From IMG/VR virus record IMGVR_UViG_3300035183_000460, positions 1 to 64,000 of that record: 64,000 bases of DNA; one strand, written 5' to 3'. The position numbers and the translations under genes are program-made. The notes below the pieces were generated by a model. It saw only the letters and a list, made by a program, of their open reading frames with translations, searched no databases and had not been told where the DNA came from. Source of the DNA: a virus. Positions 39,401-47,813 of the stretch are shown piece by piece. Position 1 is the stretch's first letter. Each line of letters begins with the position of its first letter.

Positions 39401-39975
39401 TTAGTTGTTCAATTAGAGAAGCTTATGGTGATTTTTTCAATGATAGAAACAATAAATGTGAACTTATTTCAAATATTAAAAAAATGCAAGATAAAGATAA
39501 GATTAAGCAATGTAAAGCAATAATTAAAAGTTTTTTTGAATTTAAAATTAAAAAAGTAGATAGTAAATATTATGGTCAATCTATGATTAAAGCTGAAATA
39601 GAAGATATCTGTGGTGACAGATGCACTTTAACTATCTTCCCAGATCGTTGGGAAAAAGAAGTTTTGCCTGTGCTTAAAAGAAAATGTGGTAAATTATCTT
39701 CCCTTGATGAAGGGATTGGATTATTTTTCTCTGGAACTGTAAATATTTATGAAGGAGATGTTGGTATAGTATTAGATAATTTATATGATTGTGTTTCAGC
39801 TCCAAAATTACCTTCTGACTTGAAGGCAAGAAAAGTCTTATTAAAAGATATTAAATATAAAATAGATACACCTATTACATCTATCAATATAACTTCAGAC
39901 GAGATATTTGAAGACATTGAAGATTCATTATTTGATGCTGGACTTATTGATCTAGATAGAATTGATGATTGTTGA
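36445..39975 (+). CDS. dnaE: DNA polymerase III alpha subunit (family C)
   Basis: PHP HNHTHFSILD and TDHG; GRGSVGGS; PDIDTDF; HAGG; KMDTLGL; YGFN.SH; no intein seen. Confidence 0.97.
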   Translation: MSIEFVNLHNHTHFSILDSLISPKDLFERVKELRQTAVAITDHGTLSGIWDAYKEYKNTGVKLIVGCEFYFVDSVLNKEEKFRHVVLLAKNAVGYRNILTLNRRGFDNYTLHGNRVYSLIDWELLEKHSDGIICLTSCGNGIIGQLLTNSRFEEAESAVLRLKSIFNEDLGLEIQANNMSRASSIYNDKVEQNFINRRIIKLGQKHNIRIVPTTNSHYLKKEDADIHDVLLSIGAHQSIYSNFRLKYPVKDFYVKSGQEVFDFFARIFDESKAAEWCANTIYFANKCENPDWVDPKYSNPSGKELPEFPVKLEDDYQDFLNWLNLQGNDVKALEEDKQYLRYKCFKVFDKKVPIDKIDIYKARLNEELDVIEYHGFSSYMLIVADYINWARKNNISVGEGRGSVGGSLIAYLLDIHRADPIKYNLIFARFHNKEKSSFPDIDTDFAPSGREKVQNYIRNKYGEDHVAHVSNFNTITPKVYVRDICRSCELGGNKETAIKLGNDIADCIPAKDIHSIHDALEKVPLFSEYANKYPELKKYAEINGKYRAWSTHAGGIIISKRPLTGLVPLRKDKDGIIAIEYDKERAEENGLIKMDTLGLSTLDIIDTTYKLIKSAGKELPPDPLNYDEYDKKTYDLISKGDTFCVFQLGTSAGTIELCKQIKPKSIEDISHINSLARPSAKDIRNLFIQTKNGKRSYSLLHPSLNRAFGSTFGFGLYEESLMYLAQDVAGWSLNDADRLRKLTKEKGKNAKKVKQWREEFISDAVTKNNINEEIARKIWDDVIDKFQGYGFNMSHSILYSMLSYKTAYLKAHYPIEFLLANLMSELNSNSPDASKNISKIKQELRDRNVKIIPPDINKSQLTYSLVENNVLITGLDALKFVSKDAIEDIISKRPFTSFYDFMKRVDSSKVRSNTIQALISSGCLDSFNIPRKLMFLYCSDYRKKLTSWLKKHDPEREQFVYPWTNEDEWTKPELYALEKFYIGESFSCSIREAYGDFFNDRNNKCELISNIKKMQDKDKIKQCKAIIKSFFEFKIKKVDSKYYGQSMIKAEIEDICGDRCTLTIFPDRWEKEVLPVLKRKCGKLSSLDEGIGLFFSGTVNIYEGDVGIVLDNLYDCVSAPKLPSDLKARKVLLKDIKYKIDTPITSINITSDEIFEDIEDSLFDAGLIDLDRIDDC

Positions 39976-40012
39976 TCTTAAATATATTTCTTAATAATTT
40001 ATTGTGCTTTAT

Positions 40013-40260
40013 GATCTTATGCCAAGAAAACCACCAGCCTTGTGCTGGTGTATGAATTGGCGATCGTTGTTAGTATTATTGTTGATCTTCAATATACTTC
40101 TTGACCGTCTCTTCCGAAACATGTACAACTACACCATAGTAGGTGCTTCTTGACCACAATACACTACCACATAATTTCTTTGCTTTTAGTTTTGGAAAGA
40201 TAGTGAATAGATAAATGCTGTATTGATATATAACCAGACATAGACATAAATGCAGAGAAC
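40013..40260 (+). mobile_element. Decayed left-end fragment of the same IS (copy 3): LE, tnpA remnant, promoter and tnpB start; no right end
   Basis: TTTAT (40008-40012) then GATCTTATGCCAAGAAAACCACCAGCCTTGTGCTGGTG; colinear with 1444-1664. Confidence 0.88.
40076..40204 (-). pseudogene. tnpA: tnpA C-terminal remnant
   Basis: FPKLKAKKLCGSVLWSRSTYYGVVVHVSEETVKKYIEDQQ*. Confidence 0.82.
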
Positions 40261-40508
40261 GATAAACGTAAAAATTGATGTTGTTAGTATAGTTATACTA
40301 ACGCTAATAAATAATTATATAACGTATTAAGTATTAAATACTTAAATATGCTTTCTTATATTATTCAGTCTATTATAGATGTATCTTTAGAGAGTGTTAA
40401 AGCCTTTAAGTTAAAATTTAGAATTGTTTAATATGAAAACTTTATCACTTGCGTTATGATAAGAGAACAATTATTTTGATAGATGAATTAAAATAAAAGG
40501 AAATTAAT

Positions 40509-41273
40509 ATGAAATGTATGTCATGCCAATCAGATGTAAATCCTAAATGGAAATATGCTATAGATACCAATTTGTGTCCATGTTGTGGAAAAATTATTAT
40601 GCAGGAAGAAATTAAGAAATTATTAACTACATTGTCAGATAGTATAGAGGGATTATTAAAATATCCAGAATATTTAAATGATTGGTTATTTTTAAGATTT
40701 AATTTTGTTCCTGCATATAAAATTCAAATTCTTGAAAAACAAGTAGAGGAATTGAAATTAAAATTATCTGAAAATAGAATAACTGATAAAGATTGTATAG
40801 AATCAGTAGATAAAATAAATAATGAAGTTAATGAAGTTAATGAAGTTAATGAAGACTCTATAGATTCGGTAGATAAAAAGGAAGTTAATGAATCAACTTT
40901 AATTTCGGTGCAAAATGAAAAAATAACAAATGAATTCTTTAAACGTTCAAATGCTGATAAAATAGTTAAAAATTCTAAAAATATAAAAGATTTAGTATCA
41001 CGAATTAAAAATTCAAGTATTCAAGATACTATGGAAAATTCTTCAAATATTACAGAATATATTGAGCCTGAAATTACTTCATCTTTGGATACATCAGATG
41101 ATTTAGATCATATACCAGATTCAGTATTAGCATTTGCAAATGATGCAAAAGATTTTGTATCAAGCGGATACAACAAAAAAGATTTAGATAAGTTGCGAGA
41201 ATTGCAAGAAAAATCTAGAGGCGCACGTCAAAGAATGTTGTCAGGTGCAAATAAAGGAGGATTTTCGAGGTAA
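40509..41273 (+). CDS. Hypothetical protein with N-terminal zinc ribbon
   Basis: CMSC...CPCC; AATGAAGTT x3 at 40821-40847. Confidence 0.7.
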   Translation: MKCMSCQSDVNPKWKYAIDTNLCPCCGKIIMQEEIKKLLTTLSDSIEGLLKYPEYLNDWLFLRFNFVPAYKIQILEKQVEELKLKLSENRITDKDCIESVDKINNEVNEVNEVNEDSIDSVDKKEVNESTLISVQNEKITNEFFKRSNADKIVKNSKNIKDLVSRIKNSSIQDTMENSSNITEYIEPEITSSLDTSDDLDHIPDSVLAFANDAKDFVSSGYNKKDLDKLRELQEKSRGARQRMLSGANKGGFSR

Positions 41274-41275
41274 AT

Positions 41276-41575
41276 ATGGCATTTAGAATTATTGATAATA
41301 AAAAAGTTGAAATGACCAATGATGAATGGATAATGTATGAGAATATTTGTAAATCATATGATGATGTTAATTTTAAAGGATCTGAATTATTTACTGGTTT
41401 ATTTGAAGTAGATGATAATGGAATTATAGTGTTTTTGAGACCGCCATCTACTAGAAAAACTAGTTTTGAAGTATTTTTGTTTCTTATGGCTTTGATGCAG
41501 AATCAACATTTAAGATTGATGCATAAACAAGTTGATGAATTATGTGCTGAAATTAGAAATAAAATTAAGGAATAG
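41276..41575 (+). CDS. Hypothetical protein
   Basis: 99-aa ORF with GAGG SD. Confidence 0.75.
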   Translation: MAFRIIDNKKVEMTNDEWIMYENICKSYDDVNFKGSELFTGLFEVDDNGIIVFLRPPSTRKTSFEVFLFLMALMQNQHLRLMHKQVDELCAEIRNKIKE

Positions 41576-41577
41576 TT

Positions 41578-42000
41578 ATGATTGATTATTCAGATATTGA
41601 AGATCTTATTGGCGAATGCTTTGAACAGATGCAATCTGCTAGTAGAGAAAAATATGATTCTGAAAAGGCTGACAAAACAGCTGCATTATTCTTAATGGCA
41701 GAATTAAAGGTATCTCTATTAATTGAAGATATAGAGATGAAATCACGTGGAGCTAAAAACGAAATATCAAGAATTGAAGGTGAAAAATATTTTGAATATA
41801 AGACAAAAAATACGGATAAAAAAATAACTGAAAATATGATGTCTAGTTACTTATCAAAAGACGCTGATATAATATCAGCTAAAGCTGAATACGCAAAACA
41901 TGAATCTAATCTTAAAAAATGGAATTATATTTTAGACGTTTTAAAAGATGGTCATATATATTTTAGAAATATAGGAAAAAACAAAGTTTGGTCAGAATAA
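41578..42000 (+). CDS. UvsY-like recombination mediator
   Basis: Helical; K.TE.....YL..D.D pattern; directly upstream of recA. Confidence 0.5.
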   Translation: MIDYSDIEDLIGECFEQMQSASREKYDSEKADKTAALFLMAELKVSLLIEDIEMKSRGAKNEISRIEGEKYFEYKTKNTDKKITENMMSSYLSKDADIISAKAEYAKHESNLKKWNYILDVLKDGHIYFRNIGKNKVWSE

Positions 42001-42012
42001 AATAGAGGAAAT

Positions 42013-43008
42013 ATGACAGCAGAAGTTCAAAAAACAGATAAACATTCAAAACATATGGTTGCAGGTATAGATATCAATAAATTAGTTAAAAAAGCTCAAG
42101 AATCTTATAGTAAAAAAGAATCAGGCTTAGCTAAACAGCTGGTTACAGGAAAAACTATAGTTAGACCTAGTGATGATAAAGATTATATTGTGTGGACCAA
42201 TGGTAGTCATTGGTTTGAATTAACTCATTTAAAAGGATTACCATTTGGACGAATTATTCAAATTTCAGGTAAGCCTGATAGTGGTAAAAGTACGCATGCT
42301 ATGGCGTTCATGAAATTTGCTCAAGATCAGGGAGTATTAGTAATTCTTTGGGATAGTGAAAAAAAATTCTCTGCCAAGAGGTTTGATAATAAAATTGGCG
42401 GATGTTCCGATAATCTATTAATTGTAGATACTAATAACATTCTTAATGGCGCAAAAGCAGTTGCTCATTATGTCAATGCAGCAAAGGAAATGAACCCTGA
42501 TGTTAAAATACTTATTGTATGGGATTCTGTTGGCGCCAGTTTAAATTCAACCGAAGATCAGGATGATAGTGAAGATTATTCAAAACAACCTGGTGTAACA
42601 GCAAAAGAAAATGCTTATGCTATTAGAAAGTTTAACAAACTTGCCAATAAATATATGAATAGACAAACAGGTGAGGAAACTATTGCTACATTGATTATTA
42701 ATCAAACATATGCTAACCTTGGTTCAGTTGGTCAAACTGAGAAGGGTGGAGGAGAAATTTATTATCTTTCAAGTGTAATTATTCAATTATCAAGAAAACA
42801 AGACTTAGTGCGTACTAAAAATGGTGAAAAATATAAGTATGGTATTGTAACAAGAGCAAAAGTAAAAAAGAATCATTTGTTTGATGGTGACGAATGTATT
42901 TCTGAAATGGACTTAGTAGTTTCTGCAGAAGGTATCTTTTTAGCAAAAGATATTAAAAATTTTGATGATATTAAAGGCTGGAATGGCGAAGAAGATTTAG
43001 AAGAATAG
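42013..43008 (+). CDS. recA: RecA/UvsX-like recombinase
   Basis: GLPFGRIIQISGKPDSGKST, DSE, IVWDSV, INQ, GG, KVKKN. Confidence 0.9.
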   Translation: MTAEVQKTDKHSKHMVAGIDINKLVKKAQESYSKKESGLAKQLVTGKTIVRPSDDKDYIVWTNGSHWFELTHLKGLPFGRIIQISGKPDSGKSTHAMAFMKFAQDQGVLVILWDSEKKFSAKRFDNKIGGCSDNLLIVDTNNILNGAKAVAHYVNAAKEMNPDVKILIVWDSVGASLNSTEDQDDSEDYSKQPGVTAKENAYAIRKFNKLANKYMNRQTGEETIATLIINQTYANLGSVGQTEKGGGEIYYLSSVIIQLSRKQDLVRTKNGEKYKYGIVTRAKVKKNHLFDGDECISEMDLVVSAEGIFLAKDIKNFDDIKGWNGEEDLEE

Positions 43009-43019
43009 TTGGAGATGTT

Positions 43020-43322
43020 ATGTCAGATATTATTATACAACCAATAAATAAATCAACTATTAACGCTAATATTAATAGTAAACCAATATATGCTATTTTC
43101 TTTGAAGGAAAGTCAAAGAAAATATTTCTAACAGTAGATAAACCAGATTTACAAATTTCTTACGTTTCTGCTAGAGGTATTTTTATAGAAAAAACAGAGG
43201 AGGAAATATTAAATAATTTTACAGAAATATTGACAAACATTTCCAAAGATGATATAGTAGAAATGATGTTTCCTTGGACAAAAATTTGTTCAATTAGAAA
43301 CTTGGTTTTTAAATCTAAATAA
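43020..43322 (+). CDS. Hypothetical protein
   Basis: 100-aa ORF with GGAG SD. Confidence 0.75.
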   Translation: MSDIIIQPINKSTINANINSKPIYAIFFEGKSKKIFLTVDKPDLQISYVSARGIFIEKTEEEILNNFTEILTNISKDDIVEMMFPWTKICSIRNLVFKSK

Positions 43323-43381
43323 TTAATTTAAATAATATTTATAGTAAAATAAAACATAATAATAAAGAAAGAGGTACTAAA

Positions 43382-43684
43382 ATGGTTAATAAAATGGTTA
43401 ATAATAGTAAAGCAAATGATAATCAAAATAATGTTTTAGATTTGATATTTAAAGGAGTTTTAACAATTTTGAAAAGAAAGAATACATGGGTTGGCACTAT
43501 GACACAGTTAAATGACTCTCTTGTAAGAGTTTTGGGAAAAAGGGTTTCTACAAGTTTACCAAAATCTCCTAGCGCTTTACGAGTATCATTAAACAAAACA
43601 TTAAATCGTTTAAGAAATAGAAGTATTAGTGTTAAATTTAGTCGCACAAATAGTGCCCGTTATGTTAAGTTTGTTAGTCGATAA
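43382..43684 (+). CDS. Basic, probable winged-helix DNA-binding protein
   Basis: W.GTMTQL...L......LPKSPSALR..L.....L....ISV.F.R. Confidence 0.55.
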   Translation: MVNKMVNNSKANDNQNNVLDLIFKGVLTILKRKNTWVGTMTQLNDSLVRVLGKRVSTSLPKSPSALRVSLNKTLNRLRNRSISVKFSRTNSARYVKFVSR

Positions 43685-43732
43685 TCATATAGAGATAAGG
43701 TAATAAAAAGTTTTGTAAACTGGAGAAAAAAA

Positions 43733-44434
43733 ATGACTGTAATATATGGTGAAGTAGATTGGTCAGATGATAGTTTAGATTTTGGTGCAGATAGAAATTC
43801 TTTAAATAAAGATTTGTTTATGAGATTAAGTGATGGTGATAATGAACTTAGATTAATAACATCTCCATTTCAGTATTTGGTACATAAATATAAGAAAGAT
43901 CCAAACAATCCAAAAGATTATGGTAAGAAGATTATGTGTTCTTCTCCAGAAGGCAGGTGTCCATTATGTGAATTAGGTGATAAACAAAAACAAAGATGGT
44001 TTTTTGGAGTTATTGATAGAAAAACCAACACAACAAAAATTTTAGATGTTGGTCCAGGTGTTATGCAACATCTTAAGAAATTAGCTAGAAATCCAAAATT
44101 TGGAGATCCAACAAAATACGACATTAATATTGTCGTTGATGAAAAAGGTGGACCTGCCAATTACTATACTGTTCAAGCTTATCCTAAAGAACCTTTATCA
44201 GCTGAAGATCAACAAAAGAGAGATATGTTTAATGTTGATGATTTAAAGCGCAGAGTTACTCCACCATCTTATGAAAAAGTTAAAGAAATGCTTGATAAGA
44301 TTAATGCTGATTCTAATGTTTCCACTGTTCCACAATCACGTGAATTTCGTGCTAAATCACAAACATTAGCTTCTAGTGTAACTAATGATGATGATTTAGA
44401 TGAAGCTTTTCCTGCTTATAATGGAAACGCTTAA
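43733..44434 (+). CDS. Single-stranded DNA-binding protein (gp32-like)
   Basis: F.RL.DG.N..R, C......CPLC, GDP..YDI, acidic tail DDDLDEAF. Confidence 0.75.
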   Translation: MTVIYGEVDWSDDSLDFGADRNSLNKDLFMRLSDGDNELRLITSPFQYLVHKYKKDPNNPKDYGKKIMCSSPEGRCPLCELGDKQKQRWFFGVIDRKTNTTKILDVGPGVMQHLKKLARNPKFGDPTKYDINIVVDEKGGPANYYTVQAYPKEPLSAEDQQKRDMFNVDDLKRRVTPPSYEKVKEMLDKINADSNVSTVPQSREFRAKSQTLASSVTNDDDLDEAFPAYNGNA

Positions 44435-44464
44435 TAATAATATATTTACCTTTACTTCCTTGTT

Positions 44465-44499
44465 AAGGACCAGAATTACATTGTTCTGGTCCTTTTGTT
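44465..44499 (+). terminator. Intrinsic terminator
   Basis: AAGGACCAGAA/TTCTGGTCCTT 11-bp stem plus T-rich tail after the SSB gene. Confidence 0.8.
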
Positions 44500-44560
44500 A
44501 TTTTAACAAATACGTAAACATTAACTATAGTTAATAAATTAACTTTGATATATATCCAAT

Positions 44561-45124
44561 ATGATAAAAAGAATATTGGGTTTCGATGTATCAAGTACAA
44601 CTATAGGATATTGTACATTGGAATTAGATGAAAAAACAAATAATATTATATTTGTAAATTGTAATTTCATTAAACCAATTAAAAAAGGTTCTATAATTGA
44701 ACGAATAGTAGATACTAGGAATAAATTACAGAAAATTATTGAATCAATAGAGCCTGATTATATTGTAATTGAAGATATTATAAAATTCATGAAAGGTAAT
44801 AGTACTGCTCAAACTATTATAACACTAACTACGTTTAATAGAATGCTTTGTCTGTTGTCTTATGATTATCTAGGTAAATCTCCAAAATTGTTTAATGTTA
44901 TGTCTATTAGACATGGTATAAAAATAGATAAAATTTTGCCAAAAAAAGAACAAATACCAGAACTTGTATCCTATCATTTAGGAATTACATTTCCGTATAA
45001 ATATAATAAATTTGGTAAAATAAAAAATGAAAGCTATGATATGGCTGACGCAATTGCTGTTGCCTTATATTATGCTTTTATTTTATCTAAAAAAATAAAG
45101 GTGAAAAGAAATGAATTTATCTGA
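44561..45124 (+). CDS. RuvC-like Holliday junction resolvase
   Basis: ILGFDVSSTTIG, IVIED, DMADAIAVA. Confidence 0.85.
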   Translation: MIKRILGFDVSSTTIGYCTLELDEKTNNIIFVNCNFIKPIKKGSIIERIVDTRNKLQKIIESIEPDYIVIEDIIKFMKGNSTAQTIITLTTFNRMLCLLSYDYLGKSPKLFNVMSIRHGIKIDKILPKKEQIPELVSYHLGITFPYKYNKFGKIKNESYDMADAIAVALYYAFILSKKIKVKRNEFI

Positions 45125-46103
45125 AGCTTATAAAACTCTTGGATTATCTAAAGATGCTTCTCCAGAAGAAGCAAAAAAAAGATATAGAGAATTAACTAAA
45201 AAATATCATCCAGATGTAAATAAAGAACCTGATGCTGAAGAAAAATTTAAAAAAATAAATGAAGCTTATGAAATAATTAAATCTGGAAAAGATGATACTG
45301 TTATTGATCCATATGGTCAACGTGCATATCAAGATGTTATTAATATTTCAGATGTTCTTAATATAAACAATATAAGAAGAAAACAATCAAAATCAAAAGG
45401 TGTTAGATATGAAACAGACATATCATTACATACTACAATATCATTTAAGGAATCTGTTTTAGGTTGTAAAAAGAATTTTACTTATAAAAGAAAACTAAAG
45501 TGTGATTTATGTGGTGGTGATGGTTCATCACCAATTCATAATGGATGTACACAATGTAATGGTACCGGATTTATTACATCTATATATGGTAATATGATTA
45601 GTCAATCAACATGTAATAAATGTATGGGAAGACAACAAACTGAGGATTGTAAAAAGTGTAATACTACAGGTTTTTTGGAAGTTGATACATCTATTTCTAT
45701 TTCTATTCCTGCTGGTATTTTGGATGGTCAAATATTAAGATTACGACATATGGGAAATTACGCAGGTTATATAAATAATCTATTTAATGAAACAGATATA
45801 TATACAAATGCAAATTTGTTAGTTAATGTTGAAAAAATATCAGGACTTAGTATTGAAAATGAAGACGTAGTATCAATGATTAACATTTCTCTATTAGAAG
45901 CATTAGAAGGATGCACAAAATCAATTGAAACTATAGACGGCAATGTTGATGTATCAATTCCACAAAAAACTAAAAATAAAGATGAAGTTATATTACCAAA
46001 ATTAGGAGTAAATAGGAAAGGAAATCATCGCGTTATAATAAATATTGAATATCCTTCAAATATAGATAATTTAATTAGTTACTTAAAAAGTGAAACTGTA
46101 TAA
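45111..46103 (+). CDS. dnaJ: DnaJ (Hsp40) co-chaperone, class A-like
   Basis: J domain with HPD; four CxxC repeats; C-terminal IPAG and ISLLEALEG. Confidence 0.93.
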   Translation: MNLSEAYKTLGLSKDASPEEAKKRYRELTKKYHPDVNKEPDAEEKFKKINEAYEIIKSGKDDTVIDPYGQRAYQDVINISDVLNINNIRRKQSKSKGVRYETDISLHTTISFKESVLGCKKNFTYKRKLKCDLCGGDGSSPIHNGCTQCNGTGFITSIYGNMISQSTCNKCMGRQQTEDCKKCNTTGFLEVDTSISISIPAGILDGQILRLRHMGNYAGYINNLFNETDIYTNANLLVNVEKISGLSIENEDVVSMINISLLEALEGCTKSIETIDGNVDVSIPQKTKNKDEVILPKLGVNRKGNHRVIINIEYPSNIDNLISYLKSETV

Positions 46104-46428
46104 TGGGTATAATAATCAATTGTATTACTTGTAAGAAAAGTACAGAGCCAATATTGGATAAAATTACTAATAAGGTATATTGTTCTGTTTGTGATACTGA
46201 AATATCAGTCAGTCACTTTGTTAAAGTTCAACTTAAGGATTTAAAACAATATAGAAATAAAAAAAATCGTTTGCCGTTAAATGCTTGCACTGTAATAATG
46301 AAACAACACCTGTACAAATAGACAATGATATTCTATGCGGTGCTTGCAATAAGCCGTTATCAAATATTACTGCTATTTTTAAAAAAATGTTAATTGAAAA
46401 TTTAAATAAGTTAAAAGAAGATATTTAA
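46103..46428 (+). CDS. Double zinc-ribbon protein interrupted by a -1 frameshift at A8 (46259-46266)
   Basis: Frame 0 has CITC..CSVC; the -1 frame continues SFAVKCLHC..CGAC..KEDI* and ends at 46428, directly before the primase ATG. Confidence 0.7.
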
Positions 46429-47187
46429 ATGAATACATTTGACTCAATAGTTGAAAAATGTTCTTATTTATTAAATAATTGTGAAGTAGCATCAGAATAT
46501 CTAAGTTATTTGGATACAAGATTATCTAAGGAAAGTCAAGCTAAATTTAATTTTGGATATTTTCCAGATTCAAAACATTTGAATGTTTTGCTATCTTTGG
46601 TTAGCAAAGAACAATTACAAGATTTATCTCTTTTATATCTAAAAGAGATAAATGATACTCAATCATTTAGAAGTGTATTAGTATCCTACTTCGAACATCA
46701 TCAGTTAATTCTTCCTTATAGAGATGTTTATGGAAACATTATTGCTTTAGTTGGTAGAACATTATTAGATGATGATAGTAGAAAAGCATTAAATATAGCA
46801 AAATATAAAAATACTATATTTAAAAAATCGTATCATTTGTTTGGTCTGTATGAATCTAAGGAAAGTATTTTAAAGAACAATCATGTATATGTAGTTGAAG
46901 GACAGTTTGATGTAATTAAAGCGCATGAAAAGGGTTTGACAAATGTTGTTGCACTTGGAAGCTCCAATATGTCAGCATATCAATTTTCTCTTATATTAAG
47001 ATATACTAACAATATTATTCTATTATTAGATAATGATGAAGCAGGGTTGAATGGTAGAAAGAAAATTGTAGAAAAATTTGGAAAGTTTGCATCTATTAGA
47101 CAGTTTTATGTACCAAGTCAATTTAAAGATATAGATGAATATTGTAGTGATCCTAATTTTTCAAATTTTTCTTTTGATTTAAAATAA
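46429..47187 (+). CDS. dnaG: DnaG primase catalytic core (TOPRIM) without zinc-binding domain
   Basis: YL..R, GYFP, LVGR.L, KYKNT, LFGL, VVEGQFDV, VALG, LDNDEAG, KDIDEY. Confidence 0.9.
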   Translation: MNTFDSIVEKCSYLLNNCEVASEYLSYLDTRLSKESQAKFNFGYFPDSKHLNVLLSLVSKEQLQDLSLLYLKEINDTQSFRSVLVSYFEHHQLILPYRDVYGNIIALVGRTLLDDDSRKALNIAKYKNTIFKKSYHLFGLYESKESILKNNHVYVVEGQFDVIKAHEKGLTNVVALGSSNMSAYQFSLILRYTNNIILLLDNDEAGLNGRKKIVEKFGKFASIRQFYVPSQFKDIDEYCSDPNFSNFSFDLK

Positions 47188-47252
47188 GAATACATATATC
47201 ATTCTAATGATATATAATATTCTGATATATGATGATTATAAGAAATTGTTAA

Positions 47253-47693
47253 ATGGAAAAACGTAAAAATAGATCTGATAGTTATCAATACTTGTTATTA
47301 GAAACGGTTTGTTCCAATGATATGATGGAATCTTTTTGTAATGCAGATAGCATATCTGCAAGACTTAATCCGTTTCAATATAATGAAGATTTGATTGATT
47401 TGGAAGAACAGCTTAAGAAAGAATTCTGGAGAATAGTAGATAACCTATTGACTCCTCGTCAAAGAGAAGTAATTAGGTTGTATGCTGATGGCTATACTCA
47501 GATGGAAATAGCTAAAATTTTAAATGTTAATCAATCATCAATAACAAAATCATTAAACGGTAACGTTGATTACAAAAATGGTAAAAAAATATATGGTGGT
47601 GCCAGGAAAAAGATAAGGAAAATCATAGAGAATGATGAAAAGATTAAATCTATACTTAAGCAGATGGCTGAAGTTCGTGAAGAAAAATGGTAA
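47253..47693 (+). CDS. Sigma70 region-4-like HTH protein (no recognisable region 2)
   Basis: LTPRQREVIRLYADGYTQMEIAKILNVNQSSI. Confidence 0.8.
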   Translation: MEKRKNRSDSYQYLLLETVCSNDMMESFCNADSISARLNPFQYNEDLIDLEEQLKKEFWRIVDNLLTPRQREVIRLYADGYTQMEIAKILNVNQSSITKSLNGNVDYKNGKKIYGGARKKIRKIIENDEKIKSILKQMAEVREEKW

Positions 47694-47729
47694 ATTAAAT
47701 AATATGTAATCAATTGTACACTGATTTAT

Positions 47730-47776
47730 GATCTTATGCCAAGAAAACCACCAGCCTTGTGCTGGTGGTAATTGAC
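47730..47776 (+). mobile_element. 47-bp IS scar (copy 4): left end joined to right end through the shared hairpin
   Basis: TTTAT | GATCTTATGCCAAGAAAA-CCACCAGCCTTGTGCTGGTGG-TAATTGAC. Confidence 0.9.
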
Positions 47777-47813
47777 ATATTTAGTGTAGCATGTTGTTTA
47801 AATAGGAATACTG

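Noticed and set aside
36445-39975. Intein or intron in dnaE (also checked recA and terL)
   Set aside because: Lengths and motif spacing are normal; no intein terminal signatures or LAGLIDADG blocks seen
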